NCBI RefSeq assembly: GCF_004010195.1
Contig: NC_057718.1
Coordinates: 92,802,272 to 92,822,271 of the forward strand
Reading direction: 5' to 3'
Length of the DNA: 20,000 nt
Source of the DNA: Chiloscyllium plagiosum
Lineage: Eukaryota
Positions 1 through 10,658 of this stretch are shown piece by piece (position 1 is the stretch's first letter; every line of letters begins with the position of its first letter). Position numbers and translations under genes: made by a program. The notes below the pieces were generated by a model that ran no database searches, was not told the origin of the DNA, and saw nothing but the letters and a program-made list of their open reading frames with translations.

Positions 1-1070
1 TCTCTGTTCAACAACACTACCCAGGGTCCTACCATTAACTATATAAATCCTGCAAACTTCCTAATCATGCCTCCTAAATGCTCATCCAAATCGTTTATAT
101 ACATGAAAGCAAATCTAGACCCAGCAATCCCTGTGAAACACCACTGGTCATAGGCTACCAGTCCGAAAAGTAACCCCCCACCATCCCCCTCTAATTCCTA
201 TCGTCAAGCCAATTTTGTATCCAACTGGCAGGCTCTCCCTGAATCCCATGCGATCTAACTTTACTAATTAGTCTATCATGTGGAACCTTGTCAGAAGCTT
301 TACTAAAGTCCATCTAGACAGTATCTACTGCTCTACCCTCATCAGTCCTTTTGGTTATGTCCTCAAAAAACTCAATAAAGTTTGTGAGACAAGAATTCCC
401 ATGCACAAAGCCATGCTGACTACTACTAATCAGTCCTTGCCTCTCCAAATGCATGTAAACCTTATCTCTCAGAATCATCTCCAACAACTGATGCTAGACT
501 CACCAGTCTATAGTTCCCAGGCTTCTCCTTATAGCCTTTCTTAAATAAAGGCAAAACATCAGCCACCGTGCAGTCCTCTGGCACCTCACTGTAGATGATA
601 CGAATATCTCTGCTAGAAACCCCACAATGTTTTTCCTAATTTCTCACCATTGTCCTGAAGATTGATCCACCTTTATATTTCTTAAGACTTCCAGCTCTTC
701 TATTTCTGTAATGTGGACTTTTTCACGACATCAGTATTTATTTCCCCAAGTTGCCTCGCCACCACTTCTTTCTCCACAGTGAAAACTGATATAAAATATT
801 ATTTTAGTATTTCTCCCATGTCCTATGGTTCCACATATAGATAACCCCATTGATCTTTAATTGGCCCTAGTCTCTCCTTAGTTGCTCTTTTGCTATTAAT
901 GTATTTGTAGAATGTCTTTTTCTTAACCTTATCTGCCAAGGCTATCTTATATTCTTTTCTTGCCCTCCAGATTTCCCTCTTAAGAATGCCCCCACACCCC
1001 TTATACTTTTCAAGATATTCATTAGATCCCAGTTGTCTTTAGCTAATATACAATTCCTTCTTTGTATCTT
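1..1070 (-). mobile_element. Degenerate CR1-clade LINE ORF2 fragment (RT domain and upstream linker); continues beyond window start
   Basis: Minus-strand translation gives broken CR1 RT motifs: PGNYRLVSL (~494-520), GLISSSQHGFVHG (~398-437), V*MDFSK/DKVPHDRL (~271-325), PMTSGVSQG (~129-155), MIRKFA (~52-69). Nucleotide similarity to the CR1 copies at 6500-6900 and 17190-17640. Confidence 0.92.
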
Positions 1071-1524
1071 TGGAGTTAGATCGGAAGCTGCTGTCAGAAA
1101 AACCTCATTCCCCCAAAAAGGAATGCTGCAAAGCTCCTTGCTGATAGAGATGGCACTGAAATACATTTAGGATATGAAGTTAGAATATTCTCTGCTTAAA
1201 GTGACAGAAAATAGTGCATGCAGAAAAGAGTAAATTTGTAACAACATGGTGAGATGTAGCTAGTGTTCTTCTGTGGCTTAAAAAAATTGTATGTGTAGAA
1301 CCTTATTCTTTCTGAAGTATGTTCACTTTGAATCTTATCTCTTTTATCCCACCACATCTTAAGCTTGCCTGTATTTCCCAATCTTTGTTTTCACCTTTTG
1401 TAATCTAATTTGTGATTCCTGCTTAATTTTTCCTGACTTAGAACTTGCATGGCTCAGTAAAATTTCTTCAGTTTGCTTGTTACACCTTTGCTTGCCATAT
1501 TCACACATACCAGGGTTGCCAGGC

Positions 1525-1918
1525 AGAGGAGGAATTTCTTCACACTCGGCAGTGTTAATCTTTAGAACTCTCTAACCTAGAGAGTCATGGAGGATGGATG
1601 ATTGAATATTATCAAGCCTGAGTGAGACAGTGTTTCGACTGATAAGGGAGTTAGAGTCATAGAGATGTACAGCATGGAACCAGACCCTTCGGTCCAACCC
1701 GTCCATGCCGACCAGATATCCCAACCCAATCTAGTCCCACCTGCCAGCACCCGGCCCATATCCCTCCAAACCCTTCCTGTTCCTTGACCCATCCAAATGT
1801 TTGGGATTACAGGGCTCAGATTGGAAAGTGGATTTAAAGCCACAATGACCTGAATAAATGGCAGGGCAGGTTTTAGCCACCAAATAGCTTACTCTTGCTC
1901 CTATTTCATGTTTTCTTA
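1525..1918 (+). mobile_element. Old CR1 3' end (end of ORF2 plus 3'UTR), split by a younger CR1 insert at 1653-1799
   Basis: AGGAGGAATTTCTTCAC...AATCTTTAGAACTCTCT... resembles the CR1 C-terminal RRNFF..R...WNSL region. After the insert, AATGGCAGGGCAGG...TACTCTTGCTCCTATTTC matches the typical older CR1 3' tail. Confidence 0.7.
1653..1799 (-). mobile_element. Young, heavily 5'-truncated CR1 (HER1-like) 3' end
   Basis: Near-identical to 5098-5245, including the terminal GAGTCATA unit. Encodes KGLEGYGPGAGRWD (ORF2 C-terminus). GTT on both flanks (1650-1652, 1799-1801). Confidence 0.93.
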
Positions 1919-2017
1919 CTCTCTTATTTGTTGCATTATGCCACAGATCAGTGGAAGAGTCTGCTCCAAATTCCAAGAAAACATAGTAGGTAGTCATTAG
2001 CGAGGGGAACAGTGAAT

Positions 2018-2356
2018 TTTAAAAAAATATTCACAGGATGAAGGCATCACTGGTTGGCCCAGCATATACTGCTGAAAGGACAGTTAAGTGTCAACTGCAT
2101 TGCTGTAAGTCTGGAGTACATGTAGGCCAGACCAGGTATGGATGGCAGTTTCCTTCCTTAAAGGATATTAATGAACCAGATGGTTTTTCCTTGACAATGG
2201 ATTTGTGGTCATCGTTAATCTCTTAATTCCAGATGTTTGCTGAATTCAAATTCTATCATGCCCACCATAGCAGGATTTGAGCACAGGTCCCCAGAATGTT
2301 TTCTAGGTCTTTGGGTTAACAGTCCAGCTATAATACGACTGGACCATCCCCTCCCC
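2018..2356 (-). mobile_element. tRNA-headed SINE with L2-type 3' tail (family B in this window)
   Basis: Reverse complement contains the core CCATCTGGTTCATTAATATCCTTTAAGGAAGGAAACTGCCATCCATACCTGGTCTGGCCTACATGT, shared with 16665-16740, 11450-11520 and 10325-10658. Degenerate tRNA-like head at ~2270-2356 and tail at ~2020-2070. Confidence 0.85.
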
Positions 2357-3022
2357 TTTGAACAGCATTCCTTTTCTACTGATCAACAAACCTGGCCTAT
2401 AATGTTTAAATGAAGTGAGTTTATTTTAAATTACGTCAAATGAAATTGGATGCTTACATTTTCTGGTGCTTTTATTTTGAAAACAGCCAAATTAAAGAAT
2501 GCCGCATGGTATTGGAAAAGCTGCCAATCAAAGCAAGTGTCATTAACTTACAAACAGAGAATTATACCATCATTAGTTCAGCACTAGAAACCTAGATTAG
2601 ACTAGCTTCTTATCGTACGTTACACATAAACTAGACTCAAATCTCACAAGTGATTTCTTTCTTCTATCTAGCACAACATCACATATATTTCTCTCTATAT
2701 ATTCTATAATTTTCTTTTAGCACTCAGAGGCACTTAAGCTGTATATAGAGAATTCTTTCTCAAGGTTTCCTCTTGTGCTCTAAAAGTACCAGGCATTAAC
2801 CGTTCAGCTGTGGAATGAAGCAGGGAGTCAAGAGAAATCACTTTCACTGTTGAGGTAAGTATCTTTGCGTGCTGCAATCATTTTTTTAACCAAGTCGTTT
2901 GCTTCACAATCAAAAGAGATTTACCATGGAAACTGTTGGACTGAATGCATTCCTGCCACCTGTCTACTCACGAAGACTGTTGGGAAACAGGTAATGGATA
3001 GAAAATAAAATATAAGAGGATT

Positions 3023-3316
3023 CATAGAAATAAATAAATCTCTGGCAAATGAGGCCATTCAGTCTATCACACCTGGGTTGGACCTGAGAAAGAATGATTG
3101 CTTCATCCTATAAGATCCCCCATCTTTGAGCACACATTGAAAATTACGATTGGAATCAGTGTCTCCCACTTATCAGATAGAATATTCCAGATCCCAACAA
3201 ATAGTTGAAAAAGAAATCATGTCACTGCCTGCCTAGATCTTTGCCAATGATGCTAAACTGATGACCCCTGACTATTAACTAACTCTGTTGATGCAATAGG
3301 ATTGTCCTCTTACCTT
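3023..3316 (-). mobile_element. Ancient, highly diverged CR1 3' end
   Basis: CATAGAA...GAGGCCATTCAGTCTATC...TATCAGATAGAATATTCCAGATCCCAAC...GAAAAAGAAATC resembles the reverse complement of CR1 3' UTR/C-terminus. Confidence 0.5.
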
Positions 3317-4415
3317 AAATTATGTCCTTTCATTGTTATTTCATTTTAATGTGGATACCAGAAGTTACAATAACTTAGTGATGGATTTGAGCATTGTGAC
3401 CCTGGAAGGCAGACACCAGTGACCACATCACTTTATTTGAAACAGATACCATGGCTGTACGTGATTCATAATAGCAGCGCTAATATGCCTAAGTGATTCT
3501 AAGCTCATTCAATGTATTTTACTTCATGGATTGTTGAAGGGAATTAATGAAAACATCACATTACAGTCTGACACAAATTAAGCACTTTCATTATGATTAA
3601 TGCACACATTATCTTATGTGTATGGTATTGTTTTGCATCTTTTTAGCTCCACTTGCTTCAATTGCCTCATGCACACAGTCAAGAATTATAGTTCCTTCTT
3701 ACAATTTTATCAGGGAGGCATTAAAAGTTAGTTCTTTAATGGTGCACTAATGTGATGAAACATTGTTGCACAGTACGAATCAATAAAACATTTGATACAG
3801 CAGTGGCTTCTTTATATGTGACATCTCAGATTACTCCATATGGATGATAAAAATACTCAAACTGAGCTGGTATTAGCAGACACTGAAAATGAGGCCTCTA
3901 TATTGCATTGTTACCCTAACAGTTACCCTGCTGTGGCCATGGAACTTAATCAAGTGGGTGGAGCATCTTTGCCACATTGCAGCATTTTTAGACTTTACAT
4001 TCATTGTGCTCAGAGCAATTGTGATGGTCGTTAATAAGGCCAAGAAGAAATGAACTTTAATGTTCCTAACATTGTTAAGATAATTAAAATAATTTCCGTT
4101 TGAAAATCAGACTGCGCTTTATCCTTGAATAACTGTAAAACTTGTGACAGATCGTGCTATTAAAAAATTAATAGCTTTTATTATTGTCAATATTCAGGCT
4201 CATGGATGGAATTGTTCAACCAGATGGATGTGAGTATGGAACTTAATTATTCTGCAGGTATAATGAAATGCAGCTTCTGAGAATTTCAGGCTCCCAGTCT
4301 GTCCATGCAGCCAATCAATGTGGTTGTTATTGGCTTGTACAGACCTTATGTTCATGAGTGAAGATTTATAATCTGAAAGAGCAAGAAAGTGACTTGGAAG
4401 CAAGTTTGCAATAAG

Positions 4416-4435
4416 TAAATAAATAAATAAATAAA
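4416..4435. repeat. (TAAA)5 microsatellite
   Basis: Direct read: TAAATAAATAAATAAATAAA. Confidence 0.9.
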
Positions 4436-4848
4436 AACAACCTATTCCTGCGCTACAAACTCTGCCTATCCATGGTGGGAATATAGGGGAAGAATGGATG
4501 ATCTCCCTTCCACCCCACCCCCTCCATCAAATTGAGCTAAACGTCTGTTGTCACCATGTCGACAATGGCCACGCATGAATATTCGACATTTGAGAGCCAC
4601 TTGCCAGCCGTATTATCCTGCACCAGAAAACAGTAATGGTCAATGCTGGGATTACAGGCAGACTCATGGAAGATATTTTCCTGATATACATCTCTATATT
4701 ATGGTCGGCAGAGATTGGAAACTCTAGTGAGTCAGGATGGATAGTGGATTTGGTTGATTCGCCATTATCCACACTGCTTATCACATCCTCAAAACACTCT
4801 CATTAACTTGCAAAGTATAGTTTCCGTTCATTAAATCACATTCATTCT

Positions 4849-4880
4849 CTGATGAAGAGTCATCTAGACTCGAAACATTA
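4849..4880 (+). ncRNA. Hammerhead ribozyme core (minimal type-I-like; stem I 5' arm absent, stem III mutated)
   Basis: CUGAUGA 4849-4855; stem II GAGUC/GACUC 4857-4861/4867-4871; GAAA 4872-4875; followed by CAUUA (probably CGUUA before CpG decay). Confidence 0.7.
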
Positions 4881-4939
4881 GCTTGCTCTCTATGGATGCT
4901 GCCTGACCCGCTGTGATCTCCAGCATTTTTTGCTTTCAC
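4849..4939 (+). mobile_element. Short Penelope-like pLTR-derived insert carrying a minimal hammerhead ribozyme motif; 12-bp TSD
   Basis: Flanked by CACATTCATTCT at 4837-4848 and 4940-4951. Begins CTGATGA-A-GAGTC-ATCTA-GACTC-GAAAC. Downstream GGATGCTGCCTGACCCGCTGTG..CTCCAGCAT is shared with 11697-11794. Confidence 0.85.
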
Positions 4940-5089
4940 CACATTCATTCTGTTTGTTTATAACATTTCAACCTAAGTGAATCTACAATCAAAAATACAG
5001 AAAAAGACAAAGATAAAGTCTTTACATACCCTCCTTAAACTTCTTTAGTTAGCCAGAGATGGTTCATCTTTTTAGTAGAGCATACATTT

Positions 5090-7182
5090 AGAGTCATAGA
5101 GTCATAGAGATGTATAGCATGGAAACAGACCCTTCGGTCCAACCCGTCCATGCCGACCAGATATCCCAACCCAATCTAGTTCCACCTGCCAGCACCTGGC
5201 CCATATCCCTCCACACCCTTCATATTCATATACCCATCTAAATGCCTCTTAAATGTTGCAATTGTACCAGCCTCCACCACTTCCTCTGGCAGCTTATTCC
5301 ATACACGAACCACCCTTCGTGTGAAAACGTTGCCCCTTAGGTCTCTTTTATATCTTTCCCCTCTCACCCTAAACCTATGCCCTCTAGTTCTGGACTCCCC
5401 ACCCCCAGGGAAAAGACTTTGTCTATTTATCCTATCCATGCCCCTCATAATTTTGTAAACCTCTATAAGGTCACCCCTCAGCTTCTGACGCTTCAGGGAA
5501 AACAACCCCAGCCTGTTCAGCCTCTCCCTATAGTTCAAATCCTCCAACCGTGGCAACATCCTTGTAAATCTTCTCTGAACCCTTTCAAGTTTCACAACAT
5601 CTTTCCAATAGGAAGGAGACCAGAATTGCANNNNNNNNNNNNNNNNNNNNNNNNNNNNNNNNNNNNNNNNNNNNNNNNNNNNNNNNNNNNNNNNNNNNNN
5701 NNNNNNNNNNNNNNNNNNNNNNNNNNNNNNNNNNNNNNNNNNNNNNNNNNNNNNNNNNNNNNNNNNNNNNNNNNNNNNNNNNNNNNNNNNNNNNNNNNNN
5801 NNNNNNNNNNNNNNNNNNNNNNNNNNNNNNNNNNNNNNNNNNNNNNNNNNNNNNNNNNNNNNNNNNNNNNNNNNNNNNNNNNNNNNNNNNNNNNNNNNNN
5901 NNNNNNNNNNNNNNNNNNNNNNNNNNNNNNNNNNNNNNNNNNNNNNNNNNNNNNNNNNNNNNNNNNNNNNNNNNNNNNNNNNNNNNNNNNNNNNNNNNNN
6001 NNNNNNNNNNNNNNNNNNNNNNNNNNNNNNNNNNNNNNNNNNNNNNNNNNNNNNNNNNNNNNNNNNNNNNNNNNNNNNNNNNNNNNNNNNNNNNNNNNNN
6101 NNNNNNNNNNNNNNNNNNNNNNNNNNNNNNNNNNNNNNNNNNNNNNNNNNNNNNNNNNNNNNNNNNNNNNNNNNNNNNNNNNNNNNNNNNNNNNNNNNNN
6201 NNNNNNNNNNNNNNNNNNNNNNNNNNNNNNNNNNNNNNNNNNNNNNNNNNNNNNNNNNNNNNNNNNNNNNNNNNNNNNNNNNNNNNNNNNNNNNNNNNNN
6301 NNNNNNNNNNNNNNNNNNNNNNNNNNNNNNNNNNNNNNNNNNNNNNNNNNNNNNNNNNNNNNNNNNNNNNNNNNNNNNNNNNNNNNNNNNNNNNNNNNNN
6401 NNNNNNNNNNNNNNNNNNNNNNNNNNNNNNNNNNNNNNNNNNNNNNNNNNNNNNNNNNNNNNNNNNNNNNNNNNNNNNNNNNNNNNNNNNNNNNNNNCGT
6501 TTCAAGACATCCAGCACTTCCTCATCTGTAATATGGACAAGATGTCACCATCTATTTCCCTACAGTCTATATCTTCCATATCCTTTTCCACACTAAATAC
6601 TGATGCAAAATACTCATTTAGTATCTCCCCCATTTTCTGCGGCTTCACACAAAGGCCGCCTTGCTGACCTTTGAGAGGCCCTATTCTCTCCCTAGTTACC
6701 CGTTTGTCCTTAATGTATTTGTAAAAACCTTTGGATTCTCCTTAGTTCTATTTTCCAAAGTTGTCCCTTTTTGCCCTCCTGATTTCCCTCTTAAGTATAC
6801 TCCTACTTTCTTCATATTCTTCTCAGGATTCACTCGATCTATCCTGTCTATACCTTACATATGCTTCCTTCTTTTTCTTAACCAAACCCTCAATTTCTTT
6901 AGTCATTCATCATTCCCTATACCTACCAGCCTTTCCTTTCACCCTGACTGGAATATACTTTCTCTGGATTCTCGTTATGTCATTTCTGAAGGCTTCCCAT
7001 TTTCCAGCTGTCCCTTTACCTGCGAAAATCTGCCCCCCAATCAGCTTTCAAAAGTTCTTGCCTAATACCGTCAAAATTGGCCTTTCTCCAACTTAGAACT
7101 TCAACTTTTAGGTCTGGTCTATCCTTTAAATCCAATAGAATTATGGTCGCTGGCCTCAAAGTGCTCCCCCACTGACACCTCA
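5090..7182 (-). mobile_element. Young 5'-truncated CR1 (HER1-like) LINE spanning the assembly gap
   Basis: Open ORF2 C-terminus at 5176-5595 (LERVQRRFTRMLP...LRGDLIEVYKIMRG...RTRGHRF...VWNKLPEEVVEA). 3' terminal (TATGACTC)n repeat at 5091-5106. Linker region at 6498-7182 is homologous to 17235-17756. Ends near EHFEASDHNS (EN C-terminus). CATTT on both sides (5085-5089, 7181-7185). Confidence 0.95.
5631..6497. other. Assembly gap (867 N) inside a CR1 element
   Basis: Run of N; both flanks are collinear parts of the same-strand CR1 ORF2. Confidence 0.99.
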
Positions 7183-7700
7183 TTTCAAATTCTTTTTGAG
7201 AATTTGATATCTACCACTACTTATTTTCATAGTTTTCCAGTACACTTAAGCTAAATTTGTTCTCCATTCTTTTGTAATTGCTTTTTACTTACAATTTAGA
7301 CGTAGTTTAAAATCTAATTTTCCCATTCTCAATTTGAATGTTAAATTTTATCATGTTATGATCATCATTTCTGAGAGGATCTCTTATTATGACATCATAA
7401 ATTACTCGTTTTTCATTACATAACAACAGATTGAAATAGTCTATTCCCTGGTTGTTCTGAGAAGCTGTTGTAGGTATTCTTTCTGGACTAATCCTACTAC
7501 TGGCTTGGCCAATTTTTTGCTATGTTCAATCAAGGCAATGATTCAAGTTTCCCACAATGATTTCAATAATTTTTTGATAAGCCTCAATTTCTTTCTTAAG
7601 TTTTTTCTCTGTTTTACATTGTAGCCATTTCAAATATGAATCAACTACTCCCAGCATTAACGTCATTACCTTGATTTCTTTGATCTCCACACTGTACACT
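7183..7700 (-). mobile_element. Ancient CR1 APE endonuclease remnant (continuation of 4760-5089)
   Basis: Minus strand gives NLLLCNEKRVIYDVIIRDPLRNDDHNMIKFNIQ (cf. DLVLCNE...PLG.SDHNMIEF) at ~7335-7433 and VEIKEIK..LMLGVV...IIVGNLNH (cf. WVE....GVVYRPP...IMGDFN) at ~7537-7690. Confidence 0.78.
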
Positions 7701-8155
7701 TGGCAAGACTGCCCCCACTGACTTAGAGAGCTGTGACAAGAGAAAATTACATATTAAGAATAAAGACATGAGTACAGCTTAAATAAAGAAGCAAACTTAT
7801 CATGGCAAAGAACATAATGTCAAATTGTACATCTCAATGCAATTCTAAAAAAGAAAGAAAGTATATTACACAAAATTAAAAGAAAATAAGGGTTGACAGT
7901 TATGAAAGATGTTATCGTAAACAGCAAGAAGAAAAAATCAGCCCTGTTCCCAGCAATATTCCTTACAAACTCTCACTCCAGTGAAGCATCACTTCTATCT
8001 TTTCCCTTTAATTCCTTACTTCATTGAAGAGGTCACATGCATTTCCTTTCTGCAACTTTTAATACATTGAGCAGTGGTGATTCTCTCCACTTCTCTAAGA
8101 GGCACACACAAAATACAGATTAACTCACTGATTCTTTCCAACCTTTCTGCTTCCA

Positions 8156-8464
8156 GGTGGTATGGTGACTCAGTGATTAGCACTGGGGTTGAATTCCAGC
8201 CTTGGGTGACTGTGTGGAGTTTGCACTTTCTCCCTGTGTCTGTGTGAATTTCCTTTGGGTCCTCTGGTTTCCTCCGTCAGTCCAAAGATGTGCAGGTTAG
8301 GTGAATTGGCCATGCTAAATTGCCCATAGTGTCCAGGGCTGTGCATATTAGTTAGGTAGCGATGGAAAATACAGGGTTCCAAGGATAGGGTAGGAGATTG
8401 GGATGGTTGGTGTGGACTTGACGCACTGAATGGCCTGCTTGCATATTGTAAGGATTGTATGATT
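8156..8464 (+). mobile_element. HE1-like V-SINE (tRNA head with internal deletion, V-domain, CR1-type tail), diverged
   Basis: A-box-like TGACTCAGTGATT, B-box-like GGTTGAATTCC, V-domain TGTGTGGAGTTTGCAC...GGTTTCCTCC..AGTCCAAAGATGTGCAGGTTAGGTGAATTGGCCATGCTAAATTGCCC. Homologous to 9975-10273 and 13288-13572. Confidence 0.9.
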
Positions 8465-9974
8465 TATTTTTGGATTGCTGAAACATTCCAAGACTTCTTT
8501 CCAGCTCTGATGGCCTGGATGCATCTTTTCAGTTCTGACAGTTTGAAGAATAATGAAAACTAAAAACTGCCTTCTGCTGGTATGAATATTTTCATGTGAG
8601 CTCAACCCACTGGGTGGTCTATAACAATCTGTTTCTGTAGGTCATACAACTCAAATTACTATATATTCAGGAATTAACACCCCAGGTAGCTGATTGCGTC
8701 ACTTCAGTGACATGCTTTTTTTGGATTGGCTGTTTTGACCACACAGTTCACCATAACTTTCTGCTCTTCTTGTTTATAAGTAAAATCTGAAAAACGAAAC
8801 ACTAAAGTCAGTCTTTCCCTGCATTTTCATTATCAAATGCCCCAAATATAAATAATATATTTCAAACTATCAACACAAAAGCGAAGAAGCAACAGAACAA
8901 AACATTGGTAACGTTAGGTGTTGTTTGGATGGGCGGGAGGATGCAAAGACCCATTGGTCTGTTTCTCTATTGTTAAGTCTAAATAATTGAATGTCATGCA
9001 AGTCTTGCACTCATGGGCATCACTTGTGTTAGATCAGAATTTCTGTAAAACGTTGACCTTTAAATGTACTTCTACCACTCCATAATCCTGCACAAGTTGC
9101 TCATTCATGACCCGTAACAAGGTCTTAATGAGTTCAAATTGACCTTTTTAACTTATTTTTCTAATTCTGCTTTTGCAGGGGTAGGAACCCTCAAAGCAAA
9201 AAAAAAGAGATTTCCATTCTCTGCCACTTGTTTACACAAATTGACATTTTCACCGAGACAGAGGAATGTCGCACCGGACATATCAGCACAAAAACAGCAG
9301 AAGTGGGGAAAAGAAAAGACCCTCAAACTTGGCGATAAAAACAAAAGGCATAAATTTGTGTCACAAACACTGGCTGCAATATCGGAAGATAGGCCAGCAT
9401 AACACAATCTCAGCAGTGGTAGCAGAAGACAGGACACTAAACAACACAGCTCATGAATGGAAGAAACAGAACACTATTTATACCATTTGTATGAGAGGAC
9501 AGACTGATGAATAATTTTTTTGTTGTTCAGCCGTCTCTCATTTCCATAATTTATTCAGGCATGAGGACTGGGACTCATTTCCTATGCTCCATTCAGTCTC
9601 CAGAAGTGCTTCAGTTAATGCTCCAAAAACAGTGTTATTTTAATAATTTAACATTGGCCTGCAGTTACATTACACACAAGTGACCTGAGAGTGAATCGTC
9701 CTCCAGTTCACTGTTGTTTTTAAGAGCCAGTGTGCACTATCTCAGAAAATGCAGAATTACTTCCAATCTGAGCAATGAATGCTTTGAAGAGTGGGAGAAA
9801 ATACTGAAAGTGATATCCCTTCATTGGATGGAGAGCTGGAGGGTACAGCCACAGAAGAGTGAGTGAAAAATTAATAAGCAGCCTGTTCTCTAACTTCGTA
9901 GAGTGCCATAATTGCGTGGACTTGGATACATCTGCAGAAACAAAGAGGATTCATGGCATATTTGTGCAGATATA

Positions 9975-10273
9975 GGGTGACACTATGGCTCAGTAGTTAG
10001 CACTGCTGCCTCCCAGTGCCATGGACCTGGGTTCGAATCCACCTTTGGGCAACTGTTTGTATGGAGTTTGTATATTCTCCCTGCAGTCCAAAAATGTGCA
10101 GGTTAGGCGGTTTGGCCATGTTAAATTGCCCATAGTGTCCAAGGATGTGTTGGCTAGATGGGTTAACTATGGGAAATGTGGGGTTACAGGGCTAGGTCTG
10201 GGTGGGATGCCCTTCAGAAGGTCAGCACAGATTTGCTGGCTGAAAGGCCTCATCTGGCTGTGTAGGGATTCTG
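9975..10273 (+). mobile_element. HE1-like V-SINE with internal deletion in the V-domain
   Basis: TGGCTCAGTAGTTAGCACTGCTGCC (A box), GGTTCGAATCC (B box), CAGTCCAAAAATGTGCAGGTTAGG..TTGGCCATGTTAAATTGCCC, tail GAAAGGCCT...CTGTGTAGGGATTCT. Confidence 0.9.
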
Positions 10274-10324
10274 CAAAGTTTAGATCCAGTCAATTAAGTA
10301 AAAGCTGCTGTCAGTAATTTAAAA

Positions 10325-10658
10325 AGAAATTATTATAAAGGATCCAGGCATCATTGACAAGGTCAGTATTTGCTTCCTATCCCTGATTACCCTTCAGTGT
10401 AATGGTTTGTGAGGCCATTTTCAGAAGGCAGCTAAGAATCAGCCAAAATGATGTGGGTCTGGTGTCGCCTGTATTCAAGACCAGGTAAAGACGCCAGATT
10501 TTCTTCTCTTCAGAATGTTTGAGAGCAATATAGGCTTTTACAACAACCAGTTGTCATGGTCACCATCACTGAGACTGGCTTCATGTCTTAGCTTTAAGAG
10601 TTGAATTCAAATTACACCAGGTGCTGTGGTGGGATTTGAATTCATGCTCCCAAACAGT
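10325..10658 (-). mobile_element. Family-B SINE body and tail; its head lies at 11360-11415
   Basis: Reverse complement matches the family core (TTACCTGGTCTTGAATACAGG..CCAGACCCACA) and B-box region GAATTCAAATCCCACCACAGCACCTGGTG. Tail GGGTAATCAGGGATAGGAAGCAAATACTGACC. Confidence 0.8.

Larger units (their letters stand above)
4760..5089 (-). mobile_element. Ancient CR1 ORF2 remnants (RT and linker), interrupted by the 4849-4939 insert
   Basis: Minus strand gives FEDVISSVDNGES (cf. CR1 FFEDVT..VD.GEPVD) at ~4755-4795 and HLWLTKEV (cf. PWLT.EV) at ~5038-5062. Confidence 0.6.

Noticed and set aside
1196..1510. Short Lys-rich minus-strand ORFs
   Set aside because: About 50-60 aa, no recognisable domain or convincing splice context.
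3752..3866. C-box GTGATGA and downstream CTGA as a C/D snoRNA
   Set aside because: No terminal stem and no recognisable rRNA-antisense element.
5020..5070. Minus-strand GG|GTATGT donor with an upstream ATG
   Set aside because: Falls in the ancient CR1 linker (WLTKEV) with an in-frame stop; no support for an exon.
5377..6531. Long ORFs 5377-6531 (+) and 5585-6517 (-)
   Set aside because: Length comes from the N gap; the flanks are CR1 sequence.
9975..10045. tRNA-like A/B boxes as a tRNA gene
   Set aside because: They run directly into the SINE V-domain, with no acceptor stem or terminator.
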